DNA of 64,000 nucleotides, taken from Ylistrum balloti. Lineage: Eukaryota. Position numbers and translations under genes: made by a program. The notes below the pieces were generated by a model, which saw only the letters and a program-made list of their open reading frames with translations, ran no database searches and was not told the DNA's origin. Shown here piece by piece: positions 50,986-64,000 of the stretch. The DNA is taken from assembly GCF_031769215.1 (NCBI RefSeq), contig NW_026782045.1, forward strand, positions 1,240,001-1,304,000, given 5' to 3'. Each line of letters begins with the position of its first letter. The stretch's first letter is position 1.

Positions 50986-53926
50986 CACGCACAGCTACTA
51001 GAAAACTGACTTCTTAGTCAGGGAGATAGATACAAAAGAACAAAGGAGAATGACTTTAAAATTTATCTGACATTTCACAAAAATGTTTTCATAAAATTCG
51101 ATTCGTCAACTGAAAATTTGAAAGACTGAAAGATAAATAAATAAAAATGTTATCTTTCGATATTCCAGTGGTGAACACCCCACTGTAGTGTTGCCAGGAC
51201 AGTGGTCAGTGTATCAGTATTGACAGTGGCCATCCTACATAGCGTACATTCCTATATCATAAGTCACGGTACTCTACTTCGGCCATGAACATACTGTATA
51301 CTGACCGTCGTAAACCGTCGAGCTGACTTCTTAAACCAATGCATCATAAATAAGAGAAAAAAAATTATAAAACATATTTATTTCAAAGTAAATACAAACA
51401 CTACGTAATTATTTTTGAAATTATACATCACGATTACTACCAACCAATATCATTTTTGTCTATTTCATCAACGAAAAATTATTTCATGTTTTGAAATATA
51501 AGGCTTTCTTATGTGATTAAAAGTGAAAATAACTTTTGGCCAAATAGATCATTGAAGTTTTTGGTGAAAATATTTCAAATGGTTTTCGATTTCATTGTTC
51601 CGATCTGGTCCAGACAATTATAACTGTCTGCACTTCGCCAATTTGTGACTATTTTGTGAATGACATTCTTTGATATTATTTAGCATTGCTGTAAAACTTG
51701 CACCAACCCAAACCCTATGTTATGCTTTTGTCAACATCTTGCACGAAAATCTTGATACTAGGAATAAAACCTTAATATACATGTAAACACTGTAGGTTGA
51801 CGATGCAGGTTTGTTGCTATCAAGAAATGGAAAATGAATTTTTAAGACGGAAAAGAAAAACGTTAATGTGCTCATACACCAGCTTTCTCTACATATTTAC
51901 CGTTTTAATGATACACTTCGAGGTTACGGATTACAAAATTAACTTCACGCGGTTGTCGGTCATCTTTATCATGATCTGAATAGTTCTTAAGTCTTAAGCA
52001 TGGCATCACTGTGTCATTACATTTCGACAGATAATAAAGAAATTCCTTAATCAATAAGACTTTTACAGGACGATTAAGTTGATACCCTCTATATCCAAAT
52101 ATCCGTACCTGAATCAGGAGTTAATTTCCTACTTGAATATAAGTGTTTGTGCCAAACGAACAGACATGGTTGATTGATTTCAGGTGTAAAGAAAAACACT
52201 TGACTAGGAAAATATGTGGGTTGGTTGGTTGGAAACATGTTTGTTTGGCTCGTCTTATTTTTAGGCGTTGTCACTCCGACGAATGTAGGTTTTCGGGCGA
52301 AGTGTTTCGATATATACACTGCCTGGTTATTTATATGTAGCCAGCAAGTTGACTGCTACTCGTCTGTGTCCCCTGTGGCAAGAAACTAGAATTGATGAAC
52401 ACATACGATACATGTATGCATATGTGTGTATATACATTTTTACGTACTTATGGAATAATTCTATGTAAAACAACTCTAACCTGTAAAGTCTGTTGATAAA
52501 ATATGCTTCATTATCTGAAGTAAACATTTTAATCAATAATTTAAAAAATAAAATGCTACCATAAAATATTTGTGATTAAGAAAACAACTTGGGCCCATAT
52601 ATTCTAAAATCATATTCTAGATAAAGTATTGAAAAGTTTTACGCTGTGTTCCAAAATTCATTAACAATTGTTCAGTGCATTTAAGTTTAGTTGTCTCGAA
52701 TTTCAAATTATTTTAGTGTAAGTGTTAAATGGATCATAAGATTATCAGCATCGTACAAATTATAGCTAAGTCTGTCAGAAAAAAATGGTACGAAAAATTA
52801 TCATATTAACTCATAGTTTGAAACACATTTCAAGTTCATTTTCTGTTTTGTTGTGTTTGTTTATTTTTTTGTTTGAGTTTTTTTTAATATTTCCAAAAGG
52901 CTTGGTTGTAGACTTAAAATCTCAAAGAGCTGAGCTAGACGAAAAATCGGAGTGTGATATGGCTCAAGTAGAACATCGTATTTTTGTTTTTTCGATCCTT
53001 ATTCAGAAATCTAGAGTGGAATTGTTATAAATATAAGTTCAAACCAGTGATGTTTGACGGAAATCGGATTAAGAAGGAACGTTTTACAAGTCTCCTTCCA
53101 TGGTTGTAAGACTACAAACGGAGCAAACATACAGTTTTTAACAAATATATCAACTTTATAGGTACAGTATTATAATCAAAACAATGAAAACTGATAATAA
53201 TCAAGATAAAAACAAATGAAGAAGTCATTTCCGACTGCTCAAGGAAGAACTATTTGTTAAATACAATGTGTATAATAATTTACAGATCTGTTTTATTTAT
53301 GACGATTATTCACGACAGCTATTGACTCAACGCCTCTCTTATACGGCTTCATCTCATATTTCTTTGTCTCCAATTACACCGACTTTACAAATTAGCACTC
53401 TTTAGGAGACAAATGTTGGCGACAGTTTAAGGACAAATTTCTCACGACTCTATCTGTACTGAAGTAGGCAGACTTATAGCGACAGTCAAAGGTCACTTAT
53501 TGAAAATTTGCCTCACTTTTGACCTTTGTTCCGGAACTGAGGTTTTAATTGAAAGTGCTGGGGGCCCATAAAGGATTTCTTTTTCTAGTAAAAAGGTAAA
53601 TGAACGGTAGTAAGAAAACTTTTTGTATAGACAGAGATAGTAAGGATAGAACGCTATGCCGTAAGCATTGTTTTAGAGTTGTTTGATGTCCTGACTGTAT
53701 GATATGCAGTAGTTTATCCCTTCGTTGGCCTCTGAAGTGACCGAGTCATGGACTATATGAGATCATCACCGTGCTATATATTAGCTATTCGTGTCAGTAT
53801 ATATCATTCATGGCAGAAAATCCCCTCGAATTGTCAACAAAATAATTAACATGTCAAGTTGTCGGTGAAATTAATTTCGTTAGAAGGATGTGAGAAACAA
53901 GCCAGAACGCAGATATTTAACCAGCA

Positions 53927-55168
53927 ATGGCCACCGCTAGTGGGCTTCTGTCTTCACGGTTAACGGAAGAGAGAAACAGAACGGGTGTGTTTGGATTCAC
54001 ACTTCTAGACAAGCCTTTAAATGTTTCCAGCTCTGTCAGTTTATCAGATGTGGAGTTTGATTTGTTCATCCAGAATGACGTACCTGTGGTCATTTATCTT
54101 GCTGTATTGTGTGTTATAGGAGTCGTTGGTAACGCCCACGCTGTCACAGTGTATTCATGTCGGTACAAACCCTCCAACCATCGCACATTTGTACTGTGGT
54201 TAGCTTCTGTGGACCTTACCGCATCTCTACTTTGTATGCCGTTTGAAAGTTTCGACATACGCTACAACTTGACATTTTCTATTGTTCCTTTGTGTAAATT
54301 GTTTAAAGCCCTGAACTACTTCGTCAGTACGTGTTCCGGTTTTCTCCTTGGAGTTATCGCGGTGGAACGTTATCGGAAGATATGTGTTCCGCTGGGAACG
54401 CAACTAACGCTTCGGGCTGCCCAATGTGCATGCCTGGTTGCCACCCTTGTTGCCATGGGTCTTTCGATCATTTCTGGAGTCGTGTATGGTGTTGTCTCTA
54501 AACAGGTTCCGTCATATTTAAACCTCACTGGAACAGAATGTACCGTTATGGAGAAATACAAGGAAACCTCTTTGTTTAAGGGGTATTCAGTGTTCTTGTT
54601 ATTTATCAGCACTGTCGTGTTTATTTTGTGTATCTTTACCTATTCATTTGTCGGGAGAATACTTTATAACCAAATGTTATTCAGAAGTAAATCTCATTCA
54701 GCATCCGCATCAAACCGGAAGTCCAGTACCGGAAATGAGAAAAGTGTGGACATGGATAGTAGTGGACATCAGGACGAAGAATCCAGTTTTGCGCGAGTCA
54801 CTAGCAAAGAAATGACTTCTATAAAGTCCCCAAAAGAAAACACTAAACAAAAAAGCAAGCGAAAACGAGGCTTAGACAGGAGCAAACAAATTGCTTTTAT
54901 GTTTCTTGTCGCCACAGCGGCCTCATATGTGGGATATTTACCAAATATGGTGTTAATGATAATCAAAGGAATAAGAGGTGACACGTACGACGCCATTGAC
55001 GAACGTTTGGGGGCATTTAATGCCATTCTCGTGAGATCTTACTTCCTGAGTAATGTTGCCAACCCAATAGTTTATTGCTTTGTAGACGAACGTTTCCGAC
55101 GAGAATGCAAGCTGCTGTACCAGAAATTGTATTATTATATACGTAAAAATACCAGATGTCGGCGATAA
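53927..55168 (+). CDS. Intronless class A orphan GPCR, 413 aa, paralog of 36777-37934
   Basis: GVVGN, LASVD, AVERY, GYLP and NPIVY motifs. Shares YKPSNHRTFV, DRSKQI..MFLVAT and F..ECK with GPCR 1. gcaATGG start context and N-terminal NRT/NVS sequons. Confidence 0.93.
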   Translation: MATASGLLSSRLTEERNRTGVFGFTLLDKPLNVSSSVSLSDVEFDLFIQNDVPVVIYLAVLCVIGVVGNAHAVTVYSCRYKPSNHRTFVLWLASVDLTASLLCMPFESFDIRYNLTFSIVPLCKLFKALNYFVSTCSGFLLGVIAVERYRKICVPLGTQLTLRAAQCACLVATLVAMGLSIISGVVYGVVSKQVPSYLNLTGTECTVMEKYKETSLFKGYSVFLLFISTVVFILCIFTYSFVGRILYNQMLFRSKSHSASASNRKSSTGNEKSVDMDSSGHQDEESSFARVTSKEMTSIKSPKENTKQKSKRKRGLDRSKQIAFMFLVATAASYVGYLPNMVLMIIKGIRGDTYDAIDERLGAFNAILVRSYFLSNVANPIVYCFVDERFRRECKLLYQKLYYYIRKNTRCRR

Positions 55169-58100
55169 CCCTACAATCTAGTGTTATTTTCTGCAATTTT
55201 CTCTTTATGTAAATAATTAACATATTTGTGTCAACTCTAACAGTACCCTGATGTCAAAATTGTTATGTTATATAGCGTTATTAAATGGATATAATTATAC
55301 ATAATTGTTGCATCGTTCAGAAGACCGAGGGAGTGTGTGTGTGTGTGTGGGTGGGTGGGGGGGGACCTGAAATTTAAAACAGAGTTATTTAGAGGTCGAG
55401 AAATAATGAAAAAACAGGTTTGATAAAAACTGAATTTATCTTAATTAAAACTTATTTTAAGAATTAAGATAATTAAACTTGTTTGAGTTTAAACATGATT
55501 GTATTTTTTGTTTTTTGTTTCCATTTTTTTTTTTAATTTTTTTGTCAATATGCATTTCAAACCATTCAATATTAATCGTTCATTGGAGGTGTTCATCTCG
55601 TTCAGTTTATTTCAATTTTACCTAAAAAATCAGAACCATATGTTATTTTAGTATGTCTATTCGCCCATGTATTATGTAATGACATACTACGGACAAAGAC
55701 GTTACGTCACAAATTAAAAATGGCACAACCAGTTGGTTACTTCCGTTTTATTTTGTCGTCCGCATTTTTACTTTAAACCTGTCAAAATGTCACTTTTCTG
55801 AATATGTGATGAAAAGTATCTTTAAATTTGTTTTCATATAATGTGACCATGAAATCTATCTCGAAGATTAAAAAAAAATTACTTGTGTGATAAAATTTCA
55901 TTTGAAATGAAACTTATGAAAGATCCGATATGTATTTGACAATTAATTTATTTTGATTTTCATCTACAATAAAGCGTTTGCTCACCTCACTGTCATTACA
56001 CACCACCGTGTTAAGGTCAACATCGGGATGGGGGAGGGGCTAAGTATATGGAACCCTTGGCGATAAAGCGAATGAAAAGGTCATTTTTTTTAATGAATAC
56101 ACAGGAAATATTTTATATGTGCCTGGACTACAGCAGAACAAACATGTAACATATTGATATAATTCTCATTTGGTTCAGTGATTATCCAGAATCCATGTGA
56201 AATCCGTTTTATTCCTAATTGTACATTTTCATCCCTAACCGTATTCGGTCAAACTTAGTTTAACTTTCACCTCAAATCATCGGTAATGTTGAACTGATAG
56301 AACACCTGTTAAAGGCAACCTTTTTTCTTGTGACAAAATCTTAGTATGTTCAGTTTACCATCATCAAGAGCTTCAAATGCAGTTCAGTAAAATCATCTAT
56401 TGCAAACACTTTTCTTAAACAGACAGATTATTGTCGTCTTTTTCTCTAATTTAAATGAGATGTCTATCATCATGTGTTTATGGACTTGGAACATGATTTC
56501 ATAGGTGTTTGTACTATTCCCGACTCTAAGAAACATACCTTTTTTTCTACAACCATGATCACACGTAAATTATTCATAAATAAAACACATCATACTACCA
56601 TTCTGATTCAGCAAGACTAGCATTGTTTTATAATTAACAATTAAATCAACATTTATATTCAAAACGTAGGCCGACCATGTTTTTGTGTGATTTCAGGTTT
56701 TTGTCAGTTTCCTTCAATTATCTGAAATGTCTGACTTTCACTGAATCATTTGTCTAGTTTACTAGACGTCGAGTACATGTCTTTATTCATTCATATCATT
56801 TCAGCTGGAAACATTTTTTCCAATTTTAGACAATGTTTAAGTGATGTATTAGACATACAAATGTATATAGAGGCGTGGTTGATCGTGAGCGGTTGGGAGC
56901 TACATGTTAAAATTACGGATTATTCCAACAAAATCACTTCAATTTCATCAAAAACACGATTCACTAAGATCGCTTCAAAGTGAATAAATGTAATTCTTAG
57001 GTTGGGAAAATAAATTCTCGTTCAAGCAAGATTCAAACGTGACTTTTATATTGACTGTTAACATTACTGTTAAGTCGTGAATGAACAGCGATTCATATGT
57101 TTCATAACACAAAATGGAATTTCGTTGGTTCACATCGACACCACAGTGCAGATGTTAGAGTTGTCTTTACCTGGGTCGGAATTAATTGTATCTATTTTCT
57201 ACATAGTTTAAAAAAAACATGAATATTTAAAAATTGACTGCTGTGTTGAGCGAAAATTTTAATCTTTAACTGCAACTCGGAATTTTTGATTGAACGGCTT
57301 AATTTTCAGCATTAATCTTCCAAAACCAACTAACTCCTTCAAACAATGTCGGAAATTTCAAAAAAATATTCAACAAAGAATTTTTCGGGCCAGGATTCTG
57401 ATTGCATGATATATGTATATTTATTGTTATTATCTTCATTATTCATATATTTGTAAATATCAACAACAGTTCAGCGCGCGGCTATTTCTGACTTAAATAA
57501 GTTCGTACTGCGTATTTGCATAGTATTGCATTCTGTATATATTCTTATATATACGCACAATACATTAAAAATCCGAGCACTTCAGGAAAAGTACTTAAGA
57601 CATATCACCAATGTTTTCCGATACCATTCGTTTGTTACAGTTATAGATTATATATTATACATTTGTATAACGCCGATTTAATTGTGGAGTGCAACAAGAA
57701 AATAAGTGTGGAGCGAAGCCACTGACTGATCCGTCTACAGGCACTTGAGAAGTAGGCGAAGTAACGCTGGTTTAACTTTCAATCCGGAAATCAATGTTTA
57801 GTGAGTGTTTCCGGTTTGAGGACAGCGATAAAATCCGTTGATAACGCCGCTTGAAATACAGGCAACTAGAGGTAATTACATAGCCTCGTTGGGAACTTTA
57901 GACGATTCAAAATAGTAACTTACTGAACGAGGCATTTACTATTGGTTCGGAGTGTTAAAAGGGTTTTATAAACTACTCGGAATATTAAAAAAATATTCTT
58001 TTTTTTCTATTCTTGCATTCATTATGAAACAAATAGCTTTGGATGAAAAAATGTTGTAGAGATAATATATTACAAGGCTCGTTTAGATGACTCTAAAACA

Positions 58101-58987
58101 GTAGTATCATCTTCTGACCACGCAATTTCTAGAAATACAGTAACTTTGCTCGAGCCTTAAAATGGGAATTTTACCGGTTCTCAATTTTTTTCTGAAACTT
58201 TCACTGTATGTACTTCAGATAATGAGCCAAGTAATTCGATAGACTTTCTAGTGCACTGAAAACGGAAATAGGTTTTAATCTTTCAGGAAAACTTTTCTGG
58301 TGTCATTTTTTCAAATTCATGATTGTTATTTTTTATAAATTGACAATATATATATTTTTATTTTTTATATGGAAACTTGCAGCAGAATCTTCTCATTCAA
58401 AGCAGACATCTTATGACTGGGTACACCACATAATTGACTAAAATTGAAATACAAATCTTTTGGCGTTTCAATGACACCTTTACCGGTTCTTGATTTTACT
58501 CAAATTTTAACAAATGTCCTTGGCATAAAGGAACAAATAATATATAAAAGTTTTTGGTGCACTCGAAGTTGAAGTACATGTTTCAGTTCTTTGAAAAATT
58601 GCCTCAGCTGAAAAAAGTATGAAAAAAAATCATGCTTTTTTTTCCTATTTTGCAGTATTTTAATACATTATTATCACTATATTGTCAAACTGATCCTTGT
58701 TAGTCAAACATTACATCATTTGATAATGTACGCTGTGGTCTTAATACATTTTCAAACGAACAAATGAATCCTGTCACACTGCTATGGTCACGACACCAAA
58801 TGGGTCGTAGCACAGGTCCTATGGACCTTTTCAATGTTTTAAATCCTATTTCATGGGTAGTCACTAAAGATGCTAAAAATACCACACACTTTTATCTGAT
58901 CCAGTGCGTGGGCAAAGTTCCATTGTTCCTGAAAGAAATCCTTTACGATAGTTAATTATATCGTTTGTACGATGGTCTTTAGTTATA

Positions 58988-59900
58988 AACATGTCGCAGT
59001 TTGATACCCCGTCCTAAACCCGCATAAAAACATGTCGCAATTTGATACCCCGTCCTAAACCCGCATATAAACATGTCGCAATTTGATACTCCGTCCTAAA
59101 CCCGCATATAAACATGTCGCCATTTGATACCCCGTCCTAAACCCGCATATAAACATGTCGCCATTTGATACCCCGTCCTAAACCCGCATATAAACATGTC
59201 GCCATTTGATACCCCGTCCTAAACCCACATATAAACATGTCGCCATTTGATACCCCGTCCTAAAACCGCATATAAACATGTCGCCATTTGATACCCCGTC
59301 CTAAACCCGCATATAAACATGTCGCAATTTGATACCCCGTCCTAAACCCACATATAAACATGTCGCAATTTGATACTCCGTCCTAAACCCGCATATAAAC
59401 ATGTCGCAATTTGATACCCCGTCCTAAAACCGCATATAAACATGTCGCAATTTGATACTCCGTCCTAAACCCGCATATAAACATGTCGCCATTTGATACC
59501 CCGTCCTAAACCCGCATATAAACATGTCGCCATTTGATACCCCGTCCTAAACCCGCATATAAACATGTCGCAATTTGATACCCCGTCCTAAACCCGCATA
59601 TAAACATGTCGCAATTTGATACCCCGTCCTAAACCCGCATATAAACATGTCGCAATTTGATACCCCGTCCTAAACACGCATATAAACATGTCGCAATTTG
59701 ATACCCCGTCCTAAACCCGCATATAAACATGTCGCAATTTGATACCCTGTCCTAAACCCTCATATAAACATGTCGCAATTTGATACTCCGTCCTAAACCC
59801 GCATATAAACATGTCGCAATTTGATACCCTGTCCCAAACCCGCATATAAACATGTCGCAATTTGATACCCCGTCCTAAACCCGCATATAAACATGTCGCA
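58988..59900. repeat. 41-bp minisatellite, ~22 copies
   Basis: Unit aaacatgtcgc(a/c)atttgataccccgtcctaaacccgcatat. Confidence 0.96.
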
Positions 59901-60534
59901 ATTATTTTATTTTATTTAATTTATCGTTATGTATTGATGTGACTTACATTCAATACCTTAATTAATGACAAATAAGACCGAAATTCAAAATATCATTTGA
60001 AAATAATATTTGCAGTTGTAGTTTTCAGAAAAAGTATGAACAGAATATTTATGTGTGTATAAATTGTACTAGATTTTGTTATCTTCTGATTGCGATGTTT
60101 GTCTGTAAATTTGTTGTAAATGCCTCGACAGAGCCCCGGAATATCGTTGGCTGTGTGTGGCGGTTCAATAGTACAATTCGATAACTTAAATTATCCATTA
60201 TGTAGCTTTCGTAGTTGTGTGGAATGTCGTGTATATTTATCAAAGTTAAGCAAAGTTGTGTGTGATCTAATTCGGATTGGTAACCGCTCGAAAATAAATA
60301 AGTTAAAAAAACACGAGAAGCCTCGCGGTGTTCGCCAGTTTAATAATATTTACCCCTGGGTTGAGACCCCACCCCATCCTCCAGTCCCAACATCACTTCT
60401 TGGATACCTTGAACATTTCTCAACTACAGATCAGCCAAATTCCGGCAACTTTCAAATAACATAGGACAGAAACGACAATCATAGAAACATCTCTAAATCT
60501 GAATTGAGGTTCTCTTAATTTGGCCTAAGTATTT

Positions 60535-62372
60535 GGATTTTATCTATTTACGCCTAAGTATTTAAGTCTATATATCTATTTACGCCTAAGTATTTAAGTC
60601 TATATAACAATTTACGCCTAAGTGTTTACAGTCTACACATCAATTTACGCCTAAGTGTTTACAGTCTATATATCAATTTACGCCTAAGTATTTACCGTCT
60701 ATATATCAATTTACGCCTAAGTATTTACAGTCTATATAACAATTTACGCCTAAGTGTTTACAGTCTATATAACAATTTACGCATGAGCTATATAACAATT
60801 TGGTATTTACAGTATATACCAGTTTACGCCTAAGCCTAAGTATTTACAGTCTATATAACAATTTACGCCTAAGTGTTTACAGTCTATACATCAATTAACG
60901 CCTAAATGCTTACAGTCTATATATCAATTAATGCCTAAGTGTTTACAGGCTATATAATATATACCAATTTACGCCTAAGTGTTTACAGTCTATATATCAA
61001 TTTACGCCTAAGTGTTTACAGTCTATATAACAATTTACGCCTAAGTGTTTACAGTCTATATAACAATTTACGCATGAGCGTTTGGATTCTATATACCAGT
61101 TTACGCCTAAGTATTTACAGTCTATATACCAGTTTACGCCTAAGTGTTTACAGTCTATATAACAATTTACGCCTAAGTGTTTACAGTCTATATAACAATT
61201 TACGCATGAGCGTTTGGATTCTATATACCAGTTTACGCCTAAGTGTTTACAGTCTATATAATAATTTACGCATAAGTGTTACAGTCTATATATCAATTTA
61301 CGCCTAAGTGTTTACAGTCTATATAACAATTTACGCCTAAGTATTTACAGTCTATACATCAATTTACGCCTAAGTGTTTACAGTCTATATAACAATTTAC
61401 GCCTAAGTGTTTACAGTCTATATAACAATTTACGCCTAAGTATTTACAGTCTATACATCAATTTACGCCTAAGTGTTTACAGTCTATATAACAATTTACG
61501 CCTAAGTATTTACAGTCTATATAACAATTTACGCATGAGCGTTTGGATTCTATACATCAATTTACGCCTAAGTGTTTACAGTCTATATAACAATTTACGC
61601 CTAAGTATTTACAGTCTATATAACAATTTACGCATGAGCGTTTGGATTCTATATACCAATTTACGCCTAAGTGTTTACAGTCTATACATCAATTTACGCC
61701 TAAGTGTTTACAGTCTATACATCAATTTACGCCTAAGTGTTTACAGTCTATACATCAATTTACGCCTAAGTGTTTACAGTCTATATAACAATTTACGCAT
61801 GAGCGTTTGGATTCTATATACCAGTTTACGCCTAAGTGTTTACAGTCTATATAACAATTTACGCCTAAGTGTTTACAGTCTATATAACAATTTACGCCTA
61901 AGTGTTTACAGTCTATACATCAATTTACGCCTAAGTGTTTACAGTCTATATATCAATTTACGCCTAAGTGTTTACAGTCTACATAACAATTTACGCCTAA
62001 GTGTTTACAGTCTATACATCAATTTACGCCTAAGTGTTTACAGTCTATATAACAATTTACGCCTAAGTGTTTACAGTCTATATAACAATTTACGCCTAAG
62101 TGTTTACAGTCTATATAACAATTTACGCCTAAGTATTTACAGTCTATATACCAGTTTACGCCTAAGTGTTTACAGTCTATATACCAGTTTACGCCTAAGT
62201 GTTTACAGTCTATATAACAATTTACGCCTAAGTGTTTACAGTCTATATAACAATTTACGCCTAAGTGTTTACAGTCTATATAACAATTTACGCCTAAGTG
62301 TTTACAGTCTATATACCAGTTTACGCCTAAGTGTTTACAGTCTATATACCAGTTTACGCCTACGTGTTTGGA
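60535..62372. repeat. 33-bp minisatellite, ~55 copies, with an interspersed variant unit
   Basis: Unit caatttacgcctaagtgtttacagtctatataa, with variant cgcatgagcgtttggattctat. Confidence 0.95.
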
Positions 62373-62520
62373 TTCTATATGTTGTTGAGGACTGTGTCTT
62401 CCTCTTTGATTGCTCTATCTATTCTGACGAGCGATAAATCCTTTCTCAATGCTTCCCGGAATGCTATCCTTTCATGGAATCTCTTGAAGACTGTCATACT
62501 CCTGATTCATCCTATGGTAC
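62362..62520 (+). mobile_element. Possible LINE ORF2 C-terminal remnant
   Basis: VVEDCVFLFDCSIYSDER resembles the zinc-knuckle-like EDxxHFLxxCxxYxxxR end of LINE ORF2. Confidence 0.4.
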
Positions 62521-63649
62521 AGTGAAAGTGTAGATACTTACCTGGTTTTAAACTTTTTTAGTTATCTTTATTGATTTGATAATCACATATAATTACCAAC
62601 AGGGTCTAGAACACAAACATGTTTGGTGGTAATTGTAAATGGAAAGGTATCTGACGCGTCGCCGTGACCCAGAAGTGACGTCAGGTTTCCAAACTTGGGT
62701 ATATTCTGGATATTACTAGGGTACAACACACTATCAACTCAGATTTTCTGTTTTTCTCATTCCTGTGTACAATACGTACATCAATGTTTCTCACAGACCC
62801 AATACCTTTGGTCTCGCTGACATGAAGGCCATTGCAGGACAAGGTTTCAACAGCCACAAGTTTATGTTAATTTATCCTGTTGTGTTGTTCTCCCTGTTAT
62901 GACGTCTAACACATATTTTCAGTCGATACTCTGAATAATGTTTACTAATTGAAGTTCTGGTTTGCCTACCCAGTGTAAGATATTTCCTCTGAAAATGTGA
63001 AGGAGAGGTTTTGTAACCATTTGAAGCCATGTTTATTTCACATGGGAAACCAGTATCTTTTCCAACAAGCGATCCGTCATTGGAGAGTTCTCTTTAAAAG
63101 CCTTTCTCTCCACTAGTAGATGCCTGTTAAAAAGAAAATGAAATAGCTTGGAATAAAGACAACATGTTTATCCCAATGATACCAAGCGCCACTAGGCCCC
63201 ATAGGTACTGGTTGTTGAAATTTACTATGGGTAAAGATAGAACAAATACCACCACACCGCATATATGATCAGCCTTGGACAGCTGACTCACGGGAGCTTT
63301 CCGTAGAACGAACTGTGAAATTCCAATCTATCATCGTTTAATAATAGTTCCGTGCGGCTGTTTATGGTGCGCTTGCCTTAGGTAAAATGAGTGATGTTCA
63401 TTTACAGACAATGTTGGTTATGTAATGGTGGAGGAAACCAAACTAAACCACCAATCGTCAATGGCGATAAAATTCCGAGAGAGTCCACGAAAAATATCAA
63501 ATTTTTGTTTTATCTATTTTACAAAGGCTATCACTCAATAAATTTACAGGCGAGTAATTTTAGTTATCAAGCTTGTCTAAGCTTTGGTGGTAATGAACCT
63601 CCCTATGAAGTTTTAAGTGTTTCCGTTGGAAGCAACTCGAGATATCGAG

Positions 63650-64000
63650 CGGACACTGTTTAGGTAATTGAAATAAGGGACCATAACTCTGTGTATTATA
63701 GGTCATAAGTTGCGGTTATCCAACCTTTTTTTGGTTATAAGGAAAAATAAACCTGCCTATGAAGTTTGAAGTGGATCCGTTTATAATTAATCGAGATGTC
63801 GAGCAGCAACTGTTTTGATAATTGAATAAAGGGCCATAACTCCGTGAATTACAGTCAGGAAAATGCGACCTTCGGACTTGTCAGTACGATCATGGTAATT
63901 AACCTTCCTATCAAGTTTGAACTTGATCTGTTGAAATTTAATCGAGATATTGAGCGAACAATCTTTCGGTAATTTAATAAAGGGATATAACTCCATAATA
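63650..64000. mobile_element. HINE-like internal repeat region running off the right edge
   Basis: aaggg(a/c)cataactc recurs at ~63675, 63828 and 63982 (~155-bp period), with a.gttt motifs in between. Confidence 0.45.

Noticed and set aside
50625-51017. RQTD / LSVC ORFs
   Set aside because: They are (GACA)n microsatellite translations.
58071-58702. Possible Tc1/mariner-like MITE (acaagg...ccttgt ends)
   Set aside because: The terminal match is short and degenerate, and a TA target duplication is not clean.
60939-62437. 122-aa and 300-aa ORFs with 11-aa periodicity
   Set aside because: They result from the 33-bp array.

Overview
AT-rich eukaryotic genomic DNA, most likely an invertebrate and probably a bivalve mollusc (inferred from the SINE, Helentron-like and GPCR family types). 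It is not prokaryotic and has no CRISPR array. The left half carries a spliced Rab32/38-family GTPase gene on the minus strand, with five in-frame coding exons from 11926 down to the stop at 7427. One of its introns is a GT-AG U12 (minor spliceosome) intron, and several candidate alternative first exons lie at 16.4, 21.5 and 27.2 kb. Two intronless, paralogous class A orphan GPCR genes lie on the plus strand (36777-37934, 53927-55168). There is also an isolated coding first exon of ZNF653/692-like N-terminal type at 46700. About a quarter of the window (~16 kb by hand) is 13 unrelated minisatellite arrays with 27-60 bp units, which explain nearly all other long ORFs in the ORF track. The most unusual observation is a ~35-copy 56-bp array in a Rab intron whose unit copies the last 31 nt of the coding exon plus its splice donor. 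Fragments of CR1/L2-like LINEs, a Penelope-like element, tRNA-derived SINEs and a foldback MITE with an 8-bp target site duplication (TSD) are scattered throughout. All coordinates and counts were read by hand; no searches were run.
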